A stretch of DNA of 64,000 bases from NCBI RefSeq assembly GCF_017348835.2, contig NZ_CP071375.1, one strand, 5' to 3'. Under the pieces are notes generated by a model. That model did no database searches and had not been told where the DNA came from. It saw only the letters and a list, made by a program, of their open reading frames with translations. Origin of the DNA: Escherichia coli. Its GTDB lineage: Bacteria; Pseudomonadota; Gammaproteobacteria; Enterobacterales; Enterobacteriaceae. Made by a program: the position numbers and the translations under genes. This document shows, piece by piece, positions 22,715 to 31,649 of this stretch (the first letter of the stretch is position 1; each line of letters begins with the position of its first letter).

Positions 22715-23479
22715 TTAATCATTGAGATAGCGACGGATAGCGCGTAATACCGCATCCGGTTTTTCAGCATGGACCCAGTGACCCGCGCCTGCAATCACAT
22801 GCGCCCGTGCCTGTGGAAATTGTGCCAGTAAATCATCACGGTACTGCTCGCTAACATAAGGAGAATTGCCGCCAGGGATAAACAGGGCAGGGTGATCCCA
22901 TGCCGGGATTTTCTCCCAACCCACAATATGCGGATACTGATCCCACAATACCGGCACGTTAAAGCGCCACTCCCCGTCAACAAAAGATTTCAACAGAAAC
23001 TGAATCACCCCTTCTTCATTAAGATGCTGGCGCATTATTGCTGCTGCTTGCTGGCGAGTTTGTGCGTCCGATTCACTGACCGCGTTGATAGCCGCGAAAA
23101 TCTCATCATGACGGCGTACGTGATAGTCGACCGGTGCGATATCGATCGCCACCAGTTTATCGATGCGATCGGGGGCCAGTGCAGTAAGTGCCATTACCGC
23201 TTTACCGCCCATGGAGTGACCGATAAATGTTGCTTTGTCGATCTGCTGTGCATCCAGAGTATCAACAAGATCCTGGGCCATCGCCGGGTAATTCATTACC
23301 GGATCTCTCGGTGAAAGACCGTGGTTACGCATATCAACCTGGATGATATTGTGATCGTTTACCAGATCGCGAGCCAGTACGCCAAGGTTGTCGAGGCTGC
23401 CAAATAGACCATGGACAAGAACGATGGGAGAATTATTGTGCTGGTTTTGTGCAGTTTGCGCGCGGATATTCAATTTCAT
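22715..23479 (-). CDS. ybfF: alpha/beta-hydrolase esterase YbfF
   Basis: 254-aa ORF with nucleophile elbow GHSMGG. Confidence 0.9.
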   Translation of the reverse strand: MKLNIRAQTAQNQHNNSPIVLVHGLFGSLDNLGVLARDLVNDHNIIQVDMRNHGLSPRDPVMNYPAMAQDLVDTLDAQQIDKATFIGHSMGGKAVMALTALAPDRIDKLVAIDIAPVDYHVRRHDEIFAAINAVSESDAQTRQQAAAIMRQHLNEEGVIQFLLKSFVDGEWRFNVPVLWDQYPHIVGWEKIPAWDHPALFIPGGNSPYVSEQYRDDLLAQFPQARAHVIAGAGHWVHAEKPDAVLRAIRRYLND

Positions 23480-23663
23480 GGCAAAGTTCTTTTTTTCGCG
23501 TTGTCGGGTTAGGGTATTATGTTGACCATTGTGCCACAGGGCTGCAACAAATAAGGTTTATTCCGAGTTTTTCTGCAAGCCAGGCTTGACGCTATCCGCT
23601 GCCGGGATTTATTCATATACTCCTGGCGACTTGTATTCAGCTAAGACACTGCACTGGATTAAG

Positions 23664-24209
23664 ATGAAAACGATTGAAGTTGATGATGAACTCTACAGCT
23701 ATATTGCCAGCCACACTAAGCATATCGGCGAGAGCGCATCCGACATTTTACGGCGTATGTTGAAATTTTCCGCCGCATCACAGCCTGCTGCTCCGGTGAC
23801 GAAAGAGGTTCGCGTTGCGTCACCTGCTATCGTCGAAGCGAAGCCGGTCAAAACGATTAAAGACAAGGTTCGCGCAATGCGTGAACTTCTGCTTTCGGAC
23901 GAATACGCAGAGCAAAAGCGAGCGGTCAATCGCTTTATGCTGCTGTTGTCTACACTATATTCTCTTGACGCCCAGGCGTTTGCCGAAGCAACGGAATCGT
24001 TGCACGGTCGTACACGCGTTTACTTTGCGGCAGATGAACAAACGCTGCTGAAAAATGGTAATCAGACCAAGCCGAAACATGTGCCAGGCACGCCGTATTG
24101 GGTGATCACCAACACCAACACCGGCCGTAAATGCAGCATGATCGAACACATCATGCAGTCGATGCAATTCCCGGCGGAATTGATTGAGAAGGTTTGCGGA
24201 ACTATCTAA
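23664..24209 (+). CDS. seqA: replication-initiation negative regulator SeqA
   Basis: The ORF track gives 226 aa; the conserved N-terminus [16 protein letters not shown] starts at ATG 23664 (181 aa). Confidence 0.95.
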
Positions 24210-24234
24210 AACGTTGCAGACAAAGGACAAAGCA

Positions 24235-25875
24235 ATGGCAATCCACAATCGTGCAGGCCAACCTGCACAACAGAGTGATTTGATTAACGTCGCCCAACTG
24301 ACGGCGCAATATTATGTACTGAAACCAGAAGCAGGGAATGCGGAGCACGCGGTGAAATTCGGTACTTCCGGTCACCGTGGCAGTGCAGCGCGCCACAGCT
24401 TTAACGAGCCGCACATTCTGGCGATCGCTCAGGCAATTGCTGAAGAACGTGCGAAAAACGGCATCACTGGCCCTTGCTATGTGGGTAAAGATACTCACGC
24501 CCTGTCCGAGCCTGCGTTCATTTCCGTACTGGAAGTGCTGGCAGCGAACGGCGTTGATGTCATTGTGCAGGAAAACAATGGCTTCACTCCAACGCCTGCC
24601 GTTTCCAATGCCATCCTGGTTCACAATAAAAAAGGTGGCCCGCTGGCAGACGGTATCGTGATTACACCGTCCCATAACCCGCCGGAAGATGGTGGTATCA
24701 AGTACAATCCGCCAAATGGTGGCCCGGCTGATACCAACGTCACCAAAGTGGTGGAAGACAGGGCCAACGCACTGCTGGCCGATGGCCTGAAAGGCGTGAA
24801 GCGTATCTCCCTCGACGAAGCGATGGCATCCGGTCATGTGAAAGAGCAGGATCTGGTGCAGCCGTTTGTGGAAGGGCTGGCCGATATCGTTGATATGGCG
24901 GCGATTCAGAAAGCGGGCCTGACGCTTGGCGTTGATCCGCTGGGCGGTTCCGGTATCGAATACTGGAAGCGTATTGGCGAGTATTACAACCTCAACCTGA
25001 CTATCGTTAACGATCAGGTCGATCAAACCTTCCGCTTTATGCACCTTGATAAAGACGGCGCGATCCGTATGGACTGCTCCTCTGAGTGTGCAATGGCAGG
25101 CCTCCTGGCACTGCGTGATAAGTTCGATCTGGCGTTTGCTAACGACCCGGATTATGACCGTCACGGTATCGTCACTCCGGCAGGTTTGATGAATCCGAAC
25201 CACTACCTGGCGGTGGCGATCAATTACCTGTTCCAGCATCGTCCGCAGTGGGGCAAAGATGTTGCCGTCGGTAAAACGCTGGTTTCATCTGCGATGATCG
25301 ACCGTGTGGTCAATGACTTGGGTCGTAAACTGGTAGAAGTCCCGGTAGGTTTCAAATGGTTTGTTGATGGCCTGTTCGACGGCAGCTTCGGCTTTGGCGG
25401 CGAAGAGAGCGCAGGGGCTTCCTTCCTGCGTTTCGACGGTACGCCGTGGTCCACCGATAAAGACGGCATCATTATGTGTCTGCTGGCGGCGGAAATCACC
25501 GCTGTCACCGGTAAGAACCCGCAGGAACACTACAACGAACTGGCAAAACGCTTTGGTGCGCCGAGCTACAACCGTTTGCAGGCAGCTGCGACTTCCGCAC
25601 AAAAAGCGGCGCTGTCTAAGCTGTCTCCGGAAATGGTGAGCGCCAGCACCCTGGCAGGTGACCCGATCACCGCGCGCCTGACTGCTGCTCCGGGCAACGG
25701 TGCTTCTATTGGCGGTCTGAAAGTGATGACTGACAACGGCTGGTTCGCCGCGCGTCCGTCAGGCACGGAAGACGCATATAAGATCTACTGCGAAAGCTTC
25801 CTCGGTGAAGAACATCGTAAGCAGATTGAGAAAGAAGCGGTTGAGATTGTTAGCGAAGTTCTGAAAAACGCGTAA
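24235..25875 (+). CDS. pgm: phosphoglucomutase
   Basis: 546 aa from ATG 24235 ([13 protein letters not shown]); phosphoserine loop TPSHNP. Confidence 0.95.
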
Positions 25876-25895
25876 ACACATTAAATAATAAATAT

Positions 25896-25919
25896 CCTCC
25901 GGCATAGCCGGAGGTTTTT
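25896..25919 (+). terminator. pgm intrinsic terminator
   Basis: Hairpin ctccggc-ata-gccggag followed by a T5 run, 20 bp after the pgm stop. Confidence 0.65.
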
Positions 25920-26600
25920 CAAATGCGCCTATAAGGCTCTCTTACCAGCCGCGCCCTAACAGGCGCACACGATCTGACATTTGCATCCAACTTCGTTACT
26001 TACGGCCCGTAAACGGGCTGCCCGGATAGGGAATCGATAACTGCTCTACCATTTTATCCTCTTCAAGCTGGTGCTTTATGTAATCCTGTATCTTCGCCGT
26101 GTTCTTACCCACTGTATCGACGTAGTACCCTCTGCACCAGAACTCCCTGTTCCTGTATTTGAATTTCAAATCACCAAACTGCTCGTAAAGCATCAGACTG
26201 CTTTTCCCTTCCAGATATCCCATAAAGCCGGATACGCTCATTTTGGGCGGGATCTCCACAAGCATATGGATATGATCTGCACAGCATTCAGCTTCCAGAA
26301 TCCGTACACTTTTCCACTCACACAGCTTTCTCAAAATACTGCCTATTGCTCTACGCTTCTCTCTGTAGAACACCTGTCTTCGATATTTTGGCGCAAAAAC
26401 TATGTGATATTTACAGTTCCATCGGGTGTGCGCTAAGCTCTTTTCGTTCCCCATTGGGACCCCCTTTTGATTTCTTGTTTGACACTTGCAGTTGCCAGAC
26501 CGCAAGGTGTTTTAACAAATCAAAAGGGGTTTTAATAACTGGCTCAAAGCTGAAAGCTTTCCGGAACCCCCAGCCTAGCTGGGGGTTTTCTGTGCACAAG
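25920..26600 (-). mobile_element. IS200 insertion sequence (IS200/IS605 family); ends approximate
   Basis: Contains a 152-aa HuH tyrosine transposase and the characteristic IS200 5' leader hairpins; boundaries estimated to about +/-30 bp from the flanking pgm and potE terminators. Confidence 0.8.
25996..26454 (-). CDS. tnpA: IS200 transposase TnpA (HuH Y1 transposase)
   Basis: 152 aa from ATG 26454 (MGNEKSLAHTRWNCKYHIVFAPKYRR...) with HuH motif HIHML and catalytic Tyr in RGYYVDTVG; near-identical to the Salmonella IS200 TnpA from memory. Confidence 0.9.
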   Translation of the reverse strand: MGNEKSLAHTRWNCKYHIVFAPKYRRQVFYREKRRAIGSILRKLCEWKSVRILEAECCADHIHMLVEIPPKMSVSGFMGYLEGKSSLMLYEQFGDLKFKYRNREFWCRGYYVDTVGKNTAKIQDYIKHQLEEDKMVEQLSIPYPGSPFTGRK

Positions 26601-26631
26601 AAAAAGGGCGGTCGCAAGATCGCCCTTTTTT
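26600..26631 (-). terminator. potE-speF operon intrinsic terminator
   Basis: Hairpin gggcggtcgc-aa-gatcgccc with a U-run on the minus-strand transcript, 12 bp 3' of the potE stop. Confidence 0.7.
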
Positions 26632-26642
26632 ACTTTGCTTTT

Positions 26643-27962
26643 TTAACCGTGTTTATTTTTCAGTTCAAAGCGTGGTGATACCAGACCATACAGTGTCCAA
26701 CCGAGGAAGGTCACGATAGAACCGTACAGCATGGCTTCTTCCCCGGATGAGTACAGCGCATAGAAACTGTACATCGCGCCAACAAAAGCAACAAAGTTTG
26801 CAACTTTCGCTTTTGAGGGGGGCACATTAGCGACCTTTTGAATAATGACTAATGCCGCCATTGACAGAATATACGGAATGATATTGGTCACCACGGCCAG
26901 GTTAACCAGCACGTTGAACTGACTGTTTAGCGACGGGCTAATCGTCATCAGCGCCAACCCGCTCTGGATAATCACAATGGTCAACATTCCCTGCACCGGT
27001 GCATCCACTTTGGTTACACGGGAGAAAATTTTAGGGAAGTAGCCTTCATCAGATGAAGATTTAAACACCTGGGCAATGGTGAACTGCCAGCCAAGTAGCG
27101 AACCGCAGCAGGACATCACCATCAGCGCCATAATGACTTTACCCACTTCCGGCGTGAACATCTGCGCGAAGGCCAGACCAAATGGTGCCGTTGAATTTGC
27201 CAGCTCCATATTTGGCACAATCCCGGCAATCACGTTGGTGGAGACGATATAAATCACCGCCGCACCTAACGTACCGCCGAGTACCGCGATTGGCACATTA
27301 CGTTCCGGGTTTTCCACTATATCAGTATTTGCACACGCAGACTCCAGACCAAGAAAAGCCCACAGCGTCATAGCGATGGAAGAACCTACCGCACTGAAGA
27401 ACGGTGCATGATGCGGATTCCAGGAATCAACGTACAGCGTCGGGCTAAACCAGAACCAGCCAATAATGCACAGACCGACGACCGGAATAATGACCCCCCA
27501 CACGGTAATGCTACTGATTTGCCCGGTAATGCGCGCACCACCAAAGTTAGCCACGGTACAAATCCACAGCACCCCGATGGTCGCAAGACCAATCTGCACT
27601 GGCGACAAACTCGCGCCGAGCAGTTCGGTGCCGTAACCAACCGCCGAAATAGCAATCGCGACGTTAGCAATCAGCAGTGAGACGCCGTAGGTATAGTTCG
27701 CCATAAAGTTACCGGATTTACCGAAAGCATACTCGGCATAACCGCCCATACCGCCTGATTTACGGCTGAACATACCGCATTTTGCGAATGCCCATGCCAG
27801 TGCCATTGAGCCTACGGCTGTCACCAGCCAGGAGATAATTGAGATTGTCCCGACTTCGGCAAGCTTTGTCGGCAGCATGATGATACCGGAGCCCATCATG
27901 TTGACCATCGTCAGTATGGTTAACTGAACGACGCCCATTTTGTTCGATTTAGCCTGACTCAT
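26643..27962 (-). CDS. potE: putrescine-ornithine antiporter
   Basis: 439-aa APC-family transporter with 12 predicted helices; recognised as PotE; 4-nt overlap with the speF stop. Confidence 0.95.
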   Translation of the reverse strand: MSQAKSNKMGVVQLTILTMVNMMGSGIIMLPTKLAEVGTISIISWLVTAVGSMALAWAFAKCGMFSRKSGGMGGYAEYAFGKSGNFMANYTYGVSLLIANVAIAISAVGYGTELLGASLSPVQIGLATIGVLWICTVANFGGARITGQISSITVWGVIIPVVGLCIIGWFWFSPTLYVDSWNPHHAPFFSAVGSSIAMTLWAFLGLESACANTDIVENPERNVPIAVLGGTLGAAVIYIVSTNVIAGIVPNMELANSTAPFGLAFAQMFTPEVGKVIMALMVMSCCGSLLGWQFTIAQVFKSSSDEGYFPKIFSRVTKVDAPVQGMLTIVIIQSGLALMTISPSLNSQFNVLVNLAVVTNIIPYILSMAALVIIQKVANVPPSKAKVANFVAFVGAMYSFYALYSSGEEAMLYGSIVTFLGWTLYGLVSPRFELKNKHG

Positions 27963-30157
27963 AATTTTTCCCCTTTCAACAGGGTGCTTTGCGCATCACG
28001 AGGCTTGATGACATAGCACCAAACTTGCTTACGACCATCATGTTCTTCGATATAGACACCCTGCAGCTCCGGTGCAAAACCTGGCAGCAGGTTGATCCCT
28101 TCTTCCAGAGCGCTGAAGTAACGCAGAACAGCACCACCCCAGATTTCACCCGGAACAACACACAGCACACCCGGAGGATAAGGAAGCGCACCTTCGGCAG
28201 CGATACGGCCTTCTGCATCCGGCAGACGAACCAGTTCCACTTCACCGCGTAAATAGGCGTAGTTGGCTTCTTGCGGATTCATGCTGACGCGTGGGAAGTG
28301 CTCCTTACGGAACATCTCTTTTTGCAGTTGTTTCACGTTGTGGCGGGCATACAAATCATGCATTTCCTGACACAACTGACGCAGGGTATAACCGGCGTAG
28401 CGCTCTTCATGCTGTTTGTAGATGGAAGGTAGCACTTCTGCTAATGGCGCGTCGGACTCAAGCAGTTTTTCGAAGCGTACCAGCAGGGCAACAAGTTGCT
28501 GAAGTTTGGCCATATCTTCTGCCGGAGTCAGCAGGAAGAGGATGGAGTTAAGATCGCATTTTTCCGGCACTACGCCATTTTCGCGCAGGAAGTTAGCAAG
28601 AATCGTCGCGGGTACACCGAACGCTTCATATTCGCCGTTACGTGCATCAATACCTGGGGTTGTCAGCAACAGTTTGCATGGATCGACAAAGTATTGATTC
28701 TCTGCATAGCCTTCAAAAGAATGCCAGTGTTCCCCTGGTACAAACTGGAAGAAGCGCAGATCAACCGCAATTTGCGCTGTTTCATACGACTGCCAGGGTT
28801 TACCATCCACCAGTTCAGGTACGAACGGACGAATATGCTGACAGTTATCGAGGATCAGTTTGCGGGCATTAATGCCATTTACCACACAATCCATCCACAT
28901 ATTACGACCGCTGACACCTTCATGCATTTTGGCGTTGATATCCAGTGCGGCAAACAGCGGATAGAACGGGCTGGTGGAGGCGTGCATCATAAAGGCGTTG
29001 TTCATGCGTTTGTGCGGTACATAACGCTGTTGCCCTTTGATGTGGCTGTCTTTTTTATGAATTTGTGAAGTCTGAGAAAAACCAGCCTGTTGTTTATGCA
29101 CAGATTGCGTAACCAGAATACCCGGATCGTTCTCATTAAGTTCCAGTAGCAGCGGCGAACAGTCCGCCATCATCGGAATAAACTGTTCATAGCCGACCCA
29201 TGCTGAGTCAAACAGGATGTAGTCACACAGATGACCAATTTTATCCACCACCTGGCGGGCGTTATAAATCGTACCGTCGTAGGTGCCTAACTGAATCACA
29301 GCGAGGCGGAAAGGACGAGCCTCTTTTGCCCGCTGCGGTGCGACTTCCGCGATCAGCTCACGCAGGTAACTTTCTTCAAAACAGTGCGCATCAATGCCAC
29401 CGATAAAGCCATACGGGTTACGTGCCGTTTCCAGATAAACCGGTGTTGCACCAGCCTGTAGCAACGCTCCGTGGTGGTTAGATTTGTGGTTATTGCGATC
29501 AAACAGCACCAGATCACCCGGTGTTAGCAGGGCGTTTAAAACCACTTTGTTAGAAGATGAAGTGCCATTTAGAACGAAGTATGTTTTATCTGCATTAAAC
29601 ACTTTTGCCGCATGTTGCTGTGCAATGCATGGCGCGCCTTCGTGAATCAGCAGATCGCCCATTGCCACATCCGCGTTGCATAAGTCGGAACGGAACAGCG
29701 TTTCTCCGAAGTACTCCACGAACTGATTCCCTGCCGGATGACGACGGAAAAACTCACCTCCCTGATGACCCGGGCAGTCAAAAGCGCTATTGCCCTGATT
29801 GACATAATCGACCAGTGCGCGGAAGAAGGGCGGGCGCAGTTGCGTTTCATAATGGCTGGCAGCGGTTTCTAACTGACGTCCATAAAACTCTTTCCGTGAT
29901 TCGCAATGCTCGAAGACACCAGAAATACGTGGCAGATATTCTGCTGGTACACGTTCTTCATTTTCCGTTGCAATAAAAACAGGAATACCATAGCCAGTAG
30001 CGTCTATTTCATCGAGTTTTCCACGTTCAACATCACTGACTGATAAAATAATGGCGGCAACGTCAATATAATTACTTTCGTCTATATTCACGCATGCACG
30101 ATGAGTGGAAAAACAATCCGGGCAAGAACGACTAACGGCAATTTTTAATTCTGACAT
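27959..30157 (-). CDS. speF: inducible ornithine decarboxylase (PLP-dependent)
   Basis: Recognised as SpeF; two in-frame ATGs (30166 and 30157); the second gives the recalled 732-aa protein starting MS-LKIAVSRS. Confidence 0.93.
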   Translation of the reverse strand: MSELKIAVSRSCPDCFSTHRACVNIDESNYIDVAAIILSVSDVERGKLDEIDATGYGIPVFIATENEERVPAEYLPRISGVFEHCESRKEFYGRQLETAASHYETQLRPPFFRALVDYVNQGNSAFDCPGHQGGEFFRRHPAGNQFVEYFGETLFRSDLCNADVAMGDLLIHEGAPCIAQQHAAKVFNADKTYFVLNGTSSSNKVVLNALLTPGDLVLFDRNNHKSNHHGALLQAGATPVYLETARNPYGFIGGIDAHCFEESYLRELIAEVAPQRAKEARPFRLAVIQLGTYDGTIYNARQVVDKIGHLCDYILFDSAWVGYEQFIPMMADCSPLLLELNENDPGILVTQSVHKQQAGFSQTSQIHKKDSHIKGQQRYVPHKRMNNAFMMHASTSPFYPLFAALDINAKMHEGVSGRNMWMDCVVNGINARKLILDNCQHIRPFVPELVDGKPWQSYETAQIAVDLRFFQFVPGEHWHSFEGYAENQYFVDPCKLLLTTPGIDARNGEYEAFGVPATILANFLRENGVVPEKCDLNSILFLLTPAEDMAKLQQLVALLVRFEKLLESDAPLAEVLPSIYKQHEERYAGYTLRQLCQEMHDLYARHNVKQLQKEMFRKEHFPRVSMNPQEANYAYLRGEVELVRLPDAEGRIAAEGALPYPPGVLCVVPGEIWGGAVLRYFSALEEGINLLPGFAPELQGVYIEEHDGRKQVWCYVIKPRDAQSTLLKGEKL

Positions 30158-30312
30158 TTTGTTCATCTCTTTATTTCAGGTAATAGCAGGTCCTCAATTT
30201 CTCAAAGGAGAAATCGATCACGCCGGAAAAAAAGCAAAGCTCCACCGCTGATAAATAAATCAGTAGTTTGCTTTTTGCAGATGCAATAACCCAGACCAGC
30301 CCGGTAACTGGC

Positions 30313-30488
30313 TATACTCGTCATACTTCAAGTTGCATGTGCTGCGTCTGCGTTCGCTCACCCCAGTCACTTACTCATGTAAGCTCCTGGGGATTCACTC
30401 GCTTGTCGCCTTCCTGCAACTCGAATTATTTAGAGTATATACTCGTCATACTTCAAGTTGCATATGCTGCGACTCGAATTATGTAGAG
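30313..30488. repeat. ERIC (enterobacterial repetitive intergenic consensus) element with a partial tandem duplication
   Basis: Core at 30355-30398 contains both ERIC PCR primer sequences (reverse complement of AAGTAAGTGACTGGGGTGAGCG, then ATGTAAGCTCCTGGGGATTCAC); full palindromic unit about 30313-30440; the left arm (30313-30346) is repeated at 30438-30471 with one mismatch. Confidence 0.8.
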
Positions 30489-30592
30489 TTTAAAAGGGTT
30501 AGCAGTATATGAGCACCGAGGGATACAGGTATTAACCTGTAATGCTTAAAGTCAGGGAGACCTGTACGCTGGGGTGCCCTTTAGTCAGAAGA

Positions 30593-30697
30593 CTAGCGGG
30601 CATTAAAGAAATGAAAGTCAAAACTATTACGATGGGCAAACTTCATGATATGGGTTGTCCGCCTTATATGAGGCATTAAGCGGTTATTATTTTCCAT
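30593..30697 (-). CDS. speFL: speFL ornithine-sensing arrest leader peptide
   Basis: 34-codon ORF MENNNRLMPHIRRTTHIMKFAHRNSFDFHFFNAR ending in TAG; matches the described SpeFL arrest peptide. Confidence 0.8.
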   Translation of the reverse strand: MENNNRLMPHIRRTTHIMKFAHRNSFDFHFFNAR

Positions 30698-30892
30698 TTA
30701 CCTTTACCTCTTGCTGTGTCAGTTGAAGGTAGAGTTATTCTATCCATGAAATGGCTATAATCTGTGAAGAAGATCAACAAAAAACGATCATACCCCAGAT
30801 AATAAATCATTAATTATGAATAGCGCCATATTAGACGCTGTTTTGTTATTTAAATGTTGTAATTTTGTGTTTTATATTTGCGTTAAGAAATT

Positions 30893-30926
30893 AAACCTGC
30901 CAAATAATAATATTTGGTGCAGGTTT
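30893..30926 (-). terminator. probable kdpE terminator hairpin
   Basis: Imperfect hairpin aaacctgccaaata / tatttggtgcaggttt about 45 bp 3' of the kdpE stop, U-rich tail on the transcript. Confidence 0.5.
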
Positions 30927-30971
30927 AATAATAAATTAATCACTATTTAAGCGAATTTATTGAATAACAAT

Positions 30972-31649
30972 TCAAAGCATAAACCGATACCCAATACCGG
31001 TTTCAGTAATGAAATGGCGGGGGCGAGCGGGATCCTGTTCCAGTTTTTGTCGCAGATGTCCCATATAAATACGCAAATAATGACTGTGTTCGACCGCGTT
31101 TGGCCCCCACACCTGGTTAAGGAGTTGGCGCTGGGGGAGTACTTTTCCGGCGTTGTTGAGCAGCACTGCCAGCAGGCGAAACTCAATCGGGGTGAGGTGC
31201 ACCTCTTCCTCACCCCGGTGAATCACGCGGGCGGCTAAATCGACGGTAACATCGGAAAATTTCACTACCGGATCGGGCGCGGCAGTGGCTGAATGGCGGC
31301 GTAATGCGACGCGCAGACGGGCCTGCAATTCGCCAATGCCAAACGGCTTACTCAGATAATCATCCGCTCCGGCATCCAGCGCGGCGATTTTGTCGCTCTC
31401 TTCGCTGCGTGCGGAAAGCACTATCACCGGCACCGCGCTCCACTGGCGCAGGTCGCGGATAAACTCAATCCCATCACCATCGGGCAGGCCGAGATCGAGA
31501 ATAATCAAATCTGGCTTACGGGTTGCCGCTTCCAGCAAGCCGCGTTGCAGCGTTTCGGCCTCAAAGACGCGCATACCGTCGCCCTCCAGCGCCGTGCGCA
31601 GAAAGCGACGAATAGCCTGTTCATCTTCAACAATCAGAACGTTTGTCAC
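30972..31649 (-). CDS. kdpE: response regulator KdpE (OmpR family)
   Basis: 225-aa receiver plus winged-helix protein; the start codon is GTG at 31649, embedded in ATGTGA with the kdpD stop. Confidence 0.95.
   Translation of the reverse strand: MTNVLIVEDEQAIRRFLRTALEGDGMRVFEAETLQRGLLEAATRKPDLIILDLGLPDGDGIEFIRDLRQWSAVPVIVLSARSEESDKIAALDAGADDYLSKPFGIGELQARLRVALRRHSATAAPDPVVKFSDVTVDLAARVIHRGEEEVHLTPIEFRLLAVLLNNAGKVLPQRQLLNQVWGPNAVEHSHYLRIYMGHLRQKLEQDPARPRHFITETGIGYRFML

Noticed and set aside
25951-25966. Short hairpin gcgcc-ctaaca-ggcgc as a possible IS200 end marker
   Set aside because: Only a 5-bp stem; without a reference IS200 alignment it cannot be distinguished from chance, so it was not used to define the element end.
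30268-30486. 72-aa plus-strand ORF spanning the ERIC element
   Set aside because: The reading frame is generated by the repeat sequence itself, is Cys-rich and low-complexity, and is on the strand opposite the speF leader transcript.
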